Positions 37,829-44,196 of a DNA stretch of 44,196 nucleotides are shown here, piece by piece (the first letter of the stretch is position 1; each line of letters opens with the position of its first letter). This DNA is from Microthyrium microscopicum. Taxonomy: Eukaryota. The notes below the pieces were generated by a model. That model searched no databases and was not told the DNA's origin. It worked only from the letters and a program-made list of their open reading frames with translations. The translations under genes and the position numbers were made by a program. The DNA is taken from contig MU004233.1 in assembly GCA_010405405.1 (NCBI GenBank), forward strand, positions 11,327 through 55,522, read 5' to 3'.

Positions 37829-38524
37829 AAACTAAAATTAAGAAGGAATTACTTAAGTTAATATATAATAGCTTATAAAATTAGACTTTTACTAAATAAG
37901 CTAAGTTGCTTAAGCTAATAAATAATAGTTAGTATTAATGCTTATAAAAGTAAAAAGAATATTAGTCCTACTTATATTACTCTTTACTATAAAGAGATAA
38001 AAAAGAGAGATAGCTATATTTATAGGCCTTATATATTCTACTAAACCTTAATAAGCTAGGTATTAAGATTTAGTAGAATATTAAAGGATAGTATATATAA
38101 TAATATAGTAACTCTTAATATAGGATTTAGATATACTAAAACGAAATAGAATCTTTTAGTAATATAATAAATAATATTATAATAAAATCCTATTTCTAAT
38201 ATAATAAATAATATTATAATAGAAATAGGATCTTATTATAATATTATTTATTATATTACTAAAAGATTCTATTTCGTTTTAGCATATCTAAATCCTATAT
38301 TAAGAGTTCTTATATTATTATATATAGTTAAGAACATAACTATCTCTCTTTTTTATCTTTTTATAGTAGGGAGTAATATAAGTATAACTAATATTCTTTT
38401 TACTTTTATAGGCATTAATACTAACTATTATTAATTAGCGTAAGCAACTTAGCTAGTCTAGTAAAGGTCTTATTTTATAAGCTATTATATATTAACTTAA
38501 GTAATTCCTTCTTAATTTTAGTTT
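37829..38524. repeat. ~700-bp imperfect palindrome (foldback)
   Basis: The left arm 37829-38198 is the reverse complement of 38220-38524, with a 21-bp spacer. The left arm has ~60 extra bp near 38020-38090. Confidence 0.92.
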
Positions 38525-38711
38525 CCTTAGCTAGCTAAGCTATATATTAGTCTTACTTCTATTTAACCTATAGGTTAGTCCTACTCCTAATTTATTTATA
38601 AATTAATAGTACTTATAAACTTATTACTTATAAGGGGCAGTTTACTAATAATATATCTATGTTTACTTTAAGTTTATATTTTTTTTTTAGTTTATACCTT
38701 TAATCCTTAGT

Positions 38712-38924
38712 TTCCTCTAGTATTTTTAAGTCTTTATCTTTTAATATTAGACCCTAATTACCCTCTAGGTAAACTAAAAGAATAATTAAGGTCTAATATA
38801 GCTCCTAAAGAAGCTAATACCTACCTAAATTAGGATTTTTATTAATCTAATATTAAGTTAGTATTCTTTTTAATAATAAGAGGAAGTAGATATACTCTTA
38901 CTTATTAGTTATCTCGTTACTAAT
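38712..38924 (+). repeat. 213-bp direct repeat, copy 2
   Basis: Matches 37591-37803 with a small number of substitutions. Confidence 0.92.
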
Positions 38925-40040
38925 ATATATTTCTTCTATATAAAGTATTACTTTATTTAATAATATAGTAGATAAAGATCTAGTACTTTATTAGTATATA
39001 TATAATATAGTCTTTAATAGAAATATACTATTACGTTAGATATAACTATCTTTTTATAAAGAAGTACTACTAGCTATACTCTAATTAATACCTATAATAT
39101 ATACCTAAGTTTATAATTAGCTTTAACCTATTAATATAATACTATCTCTATAGATAGAAAACTTCTTAAAAAGATAAAAGAACTAAATATATAATAAGTA
39201 TCTAGAGTAAGTAAAGTAATATACTTACTTTACTATCCTAAGCGTAGTAATAATAAGTAAAAGTAAATATATTAAAAAATAACTATTAAAATAAATAGGA
39301 ATACTAAAAGTAATTTCTACTATCTTAAAGTAGATTAGTAAATAATAAAGTAAATTTAGGACTTACTTAAAGTATAGATTATAAGCTTAAATCTAGTAAA
39401 GGATAGCCTATAATACGCTTTTTATATTTTTATTTTTATTAGTTATAATATATAAAATATAGGCTTACTATACTATATTCCTAAATATCCTAAATAAACT
39501 CTTAGTTTATTTTTAAAGTTGTTAATTATTACTAAGTAATAAGATAAATAGATATATAAGCTCTATAAGTTAAAAGTTTAACTACTTAGATTTTATAATA
39601 TTTCTTTATAAATAAGCGTAACGACTAATTAGTAACTACTATAGCTAGTAATATATTTTTAGATATTAGTTAACTCTAAGCTACTCTTTTACTACTTAAT
39701 TATTTAGTAGTTAGATATACGTTATAGTTATTACTTCTACCTACTAGGGACTAGTACTTTTTAACTTAAGAAGAACGCTATTTAAATAAAAATATTTAGA
39801 AGTAGTTAATTAGCTTGCCTCTATATATTAATAAACTAATAATAATATTTATTAATATCTATTTATATTATCTAGTATATATTAATAGAAAGTATATTTC
39901 TATCTTTCTTATAATATACTACTAATTATATATTAAGTAATAAAGTTTCTTTATTTTTTTAGAGGCTTTTATATTTACGTTCTTTTAATAATAATATTTA
40001 CTACTTTAGATTAATAATATATACTAAGATTTCTATCTAA

Positions 40041-40670
40041 GGAAAAATTAGGTATATCTAAAGTATAACTACTAGCTAATAAATAATATAGTTAAATTAC
40101 CTTAATAAGGCTATTTAGAGTCTTTACTTAATAAACTTAACCTTTCTAGAAAAGATATATACTTTATACTAAAGTAAAGAGTACGACCTCTATTATATAT
40201 TAGGACTAACGTATTAGATATACTTATTAATACTAGATTAAAGTAGGATTACTTTTTATAAATAGAAATACTCTTAGTAAAATTAAAAGCCTATAATTTA
40301 TATAAGTTAATAATTCTATAACTTACTTATACTATTTATATTATTCCTAATATAGTACTTATACTTCCTAAAGATATAGGGTACTACGTAGAATTATCTC
40401 TATATATAATAATAATAAGGCTATAATAATATTAGAAAGTCTTTATATAGCCTAGTTTAATTAAAGATTATAGTAGAAAATTATAATAGTTAGCTTTAGT
40501 TTTTAAGTAACCTTCCTCCTAATTACTAACTTACTAGTATTTAGTTTAGATAGTATTTAAATAACATACTAATTTTTAACTAACTTTTCTTTATATTATA
40601 AAATATAAGCTTCTTTAATATATAGAATAACTTAATTACTATACTCTAGATTAAAGTATAACTACTACGT
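40041..40670 (+). pseudogene. RIPed plus-strand exon relic, unidentified fungal protein
   Basis: One continuous coding-like frame (GTT*NYLY...SLYSLV*LKIIVENYNS*L*FLSNLPPNY*LTSI*FR*Y) ends at a GTAAGT donor-like site near 40669. The gene probably extends further on both sides. Confidence 0.4.
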
Positions 40671-41580
40671 AAGTATAATAAGTTATATAGAACTATAGCC
40701 TTAGGAGAGTATTATTAGAAAAATAGGTAAAGAAAGAATAAGATTAGACTTAAAAGGTATATTAGAATTACTTTATTATAATTAGTAAGCTTATTTATAA
40801 AATAAAATCTCTAAATAAGGAGGTAATTAGTTATTATTAATAAGCCTATTATAGATAATAGTCTATAGTAGGCTATAACTAATAAAGAGTAGTAATATTA
40901 TTTATATTCTATATATAGTATCTTTAGACAATAAGTAGTTATAGTATTTAGTATAACTAAAATACTAATTAATTAATAGTTAAAAACTATCTATATCGTT
41001 ATAAATTAATCTAGCGCGATATAATATATTAATATAGAATATATTAATATTAAAGATATTAAGACTTTTTTTTAAAAGAAAAAAATTAATATAAAAAATA
41101 CTTTACTATTTTAATCTTCTCTAAAAAGCGTATTAGAGAAAGATAACTAATAAAGTATAATAAGATATCTCTAATAATAAATACTAAAGTATAAATAGTT
41201 ATAAAGATTATTATAATATTATTACCTTAAAAGGGTTCTAATATTAATTAAGATTTACTAAGATACCCTTATAGTAATTTTACTAAGTATTAGTATAAAT
41301 ATACTACTTAATAAGCTTTATTATAGAAAGCTTTACTTGCTTAAGTAATATATAGTATTAAATAATACTACTTAGTAATAGAAAGACTTTATAGCTATCC
41401 TAGCTAGTTAATACTTATATATCTAGAAAATTAGACTAGGTTATAGAAATAGATTAAACTAGTAATCTTTACTAATTTTAGTTACCTTAAAGCTAAGTAA
41501 TTATTAAATAGTACTTTTAAAAGTAACTATAAATTATTATTTTTATTTTACTAAAATAAATATATATAATAAGTAAAATA

Positions 41581-41850
41581 ATATCTTAATTCCTTATATA
41601 AAGCATCTCCTTATAAAGAGTAGATACTTTAATATATTTATAATAAATAATATTTTAATCTTTTATATAAAGTATCTTCTTATAAAGAATAGATATCTTA
41701 ATATATTTTAATAAATAATATCTTAATTCTTTATATAAGATATTTCTTTATAAAGGATAGATACTTTAATATATTCTAATAAATAATATCTTAATCTCTT
41801 ATATAAAGCATCTTCTTATTAAAGAGTAAATACTTTAATATATTCTAATA
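41581..41850. repeat. 68-69-bp tandem repeat, 4 units
   Basis: Units start at 41581, 41650, 41718 and 41786. Confidence 0.9.
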
Positions 41851-43254
41851 GATTATTTATAAAGTACGTACTATAAGGAAAATATTAAGTATTTTACTAT
41901 AAAGTATTTTACTATATATATTCTCTTAAGTAGTTCTAAGAAAAGAATAGTATAGTAAGCTTTATATTTAAATTAAATAGCTATAAAAATATACTATATT
42001 AGAGAATATAGGATTAAGAAATAAAAAGAGCCTTTTAACTAAAAAGACTTACTTTATAATAGTAAGACATTATTTTTAAAGTAATACTTATTACTAGATT
42101 ATTAATATTTAGTATAGTAAGACTATATAGATATAAAACTACTATATAGTATAAGCTTAAATAATTACTATAAATTTTATATAATTTTTTACATTATATA
42201 AAATTTTTAGACTTTTTTTTATTTTCTATAAAATAGCTAAAAAAATATTTAAGTCTTACTTACCTAGTTTTAGATATAATTATAAAATAGCTTAGAAAGA
42301 CTTAAGTATATATACTACTTATTATATAAATTAGCTTAGTACTACTTAGATATAATAGCTAGATTAGAGTTATAGTCTCCTTTTTCCTTAATACTATAAA
42401 ATCTTACTTTACTAAATCTTTTTTACTATAATTCTATTACTTAATTATATTAGTTATACTTAATTTAATAAGAAAAGATAAATTTATATATAATTTAGCT
42501 TTATAGAATTATTATATAGTAGTACTAACTATTTTAGTACTAATTTTATACTATTTTTTTTATTTTTTATATTTTTTATAGTATAGTATTTTATAATAGT
42601 AGGCTAGCTCTTTAAATATTTAAGTATAAATACGTTTTATAAGATAATTAGTATCTATAAAGAATACTTACATTTTTAGTATTAGTAGTTTTACTAATTA
42701 GTAAGCTAAATAATATATATAATAGTTTAGTATATAAGCTAAAGAATATAAGCTTACTAAAACGTAACTTTACCTTATATAATATATATACAAAAGTCTA
42801 AAATACTCTATATTAATATCTTAAAGCTTATATAATTATATTAGAAGCTAAATATTATTTTTAGGAATATAAATTAGTAATAAAGAAGTATTAAAAGACG
42901 TTATAGCTAAAAGAATAGAAGTTTTTATTAATTTAGACTTATTAGAAGTTAGTAAAGTAGTTATAAGTAAAAAAGATAATATACTAAAATAATATTATTT
43001 AGTAAGGAATTATACTCTTCTTACTACTAAGATATAATACCTAACTTAAAGAAATAATATATACTAAAGGAATAATACTATTAAAGAGATATTATAGCTA
43101 AGACTTATTTATAAAGTAATTTAGTAAGAAACTACTACTACTAAGTTTTACTAAACTTTCTTATAGTTATAAATTCTTAACTATACTTTTATTTTTTTAA
43201 GAGAGAAGCTTTATAGTATTTATCCTAATTAAAATCCTTATATAGTATTATTTT

Positions 43255-44196
43255 ATTTATTAAAACTATTTTAAGAGAGATATTATAAGTATAGTTTACT
43301 TAAAGAATATTTCCTTACTAAATTTAGTAAGCTTCTTTATAAACTAATATTTTTACTTATAATATATCTTTATAACTATACTAAAATCTATATATAGCTT
43401 AAAGAATATTCCTTTACTTAGTAAGCTTTTTTATAAACTAATATCTTTATCTATAATATATTTCTATAACTATACTAAAATCTATATATAGTTTAAAGAA
43501 TATTCTCTTACTTAATAAGCTTCTTTATAAACTAATATTTTTATTTATAATATATTCTTATAATTATACTAAAATTTATATATAGTTTAAAGAATATTTC
43601 TTTATTTAGTAAGCTTTTTTATAAATTAATATCTTTATTTATAATATGTCTTTATAACTATATTAAAATCTATATATAGTTTAAAAAATATTCTCTTATT
43701 TAGTAAGCTTTCTTATAAACTAATATCTTTATTTATAATATATTTCTATAACTATACTAAAATCTATATATAGCTTAAAGAATATTCCCTTATTTAGTAA
43801 GCTTCTTTATAAACTAATATTTTTACTTATAATATATTTCTATAATTATACTAAAATCTATATATAGTTTAAAGAATATTCCTTTACTAAATCTAGTAAG
43901 CTTTTTTATAAATTAATATCTTTACTTATAATATATTCTTATAACTATACTAAAATCTATATATAGCTTACTTTAGAAAAGATATTATAAGTATAGTTTT
44001 TCTAAAGAATATTCTTATATTAAATTTAGTAAGCTTCTTTATAAATTAATATCTTTACCTATAATATATACTTATAACTATACTAAAATCTATATATTGC
44101 TTACTTTAAGAGAGATATTATAAGTAAGTAGTCTTTATAAAGAATATTTTCTTACTAAATTTAGTAAGCTTTCTTACAAACTAATATCTTTACTTA
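43255..44196. repeat. Tandem satellite of 94-bp core units with longer 99/133/135-bp variants, running off the window
   Basis: The TAGTAAGCTT anchor (or a one-base variant) recurs at about 43324, 43418, 43512, 43606, 43700, 43794, 43893, 44026 and 44161. Confidence 0.93.

Larger units (their letters stand above)
1..44196. other. RIP-mutated AT-rich fungal repeat compartment
   Basis: TpA is pervasive and CpA/TpG are rare. Repeat copies differ mostly by C>T/G>A. Relic reading frames show TAA/TAG where Gln/Trp/Arg are expected and ATA where Met is expected. Only two short ORFs remain in 44 kb. Confidence 0.95.

Noticed and set aside
42600..43250. Plus-strand gene relic
   Set aside because: There is a short coding-like frame but no identifiable motif, so it is too degraded to support.
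43324..44196. Ankyrin-repeat coding array (one unit is 99 bp)
   Set aside because: Most units are 94 bp, which breaks frame, and no ankyrin consensus is visible.
1..44196. Organellar or AT-rich bacterial origin
   Set aside because: The specific CpA/TpG depletion, spliceosomal intron signals and fungal TLH gene point to RIPed fungal nuclear DNA.

Overview
This window is fungal (filamentous ascomycete-type) DNA heavily mutated by repeat-induced point mutation (RIP): it is very AT-rich, TpA is in large excess and CpA/TpG are nearly absent. No intact gene survives, but reading codons with C>T/G>A changes reversed recovers three zones. (1) 1-1220 is a 194/211-bp satellite followed by an N gap. 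(2) About 1234-30955 is a less completely RIPed block of at least eight minus-strand gene relics. These include a very large SNF2-family ATPase, a NADAR-domain protein, a Cys/His-rich protein and a long conserved unknown protein, plus a plus-strand RIPed tRNA gene. The genes are separated by arrays of one recurring motif (ancestral ~AAAACTGCAACCYAGGAA) arranged in inverted orientation. This is my candidate for an undescribed large mobile or virus-like element; I found no transposase, integrase or capsid gene. (3) About 30959-44196 is more heavily RIPed and subtelomere-like, with a telomere-linked RecQ helicase relic, a ~700-bp palindrome between 213-bp direct repeats, and 68-bp and 94-bp tandem repeats. 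All protein calls come from manual translation and motif recognition, and gene boundaries are approximate.
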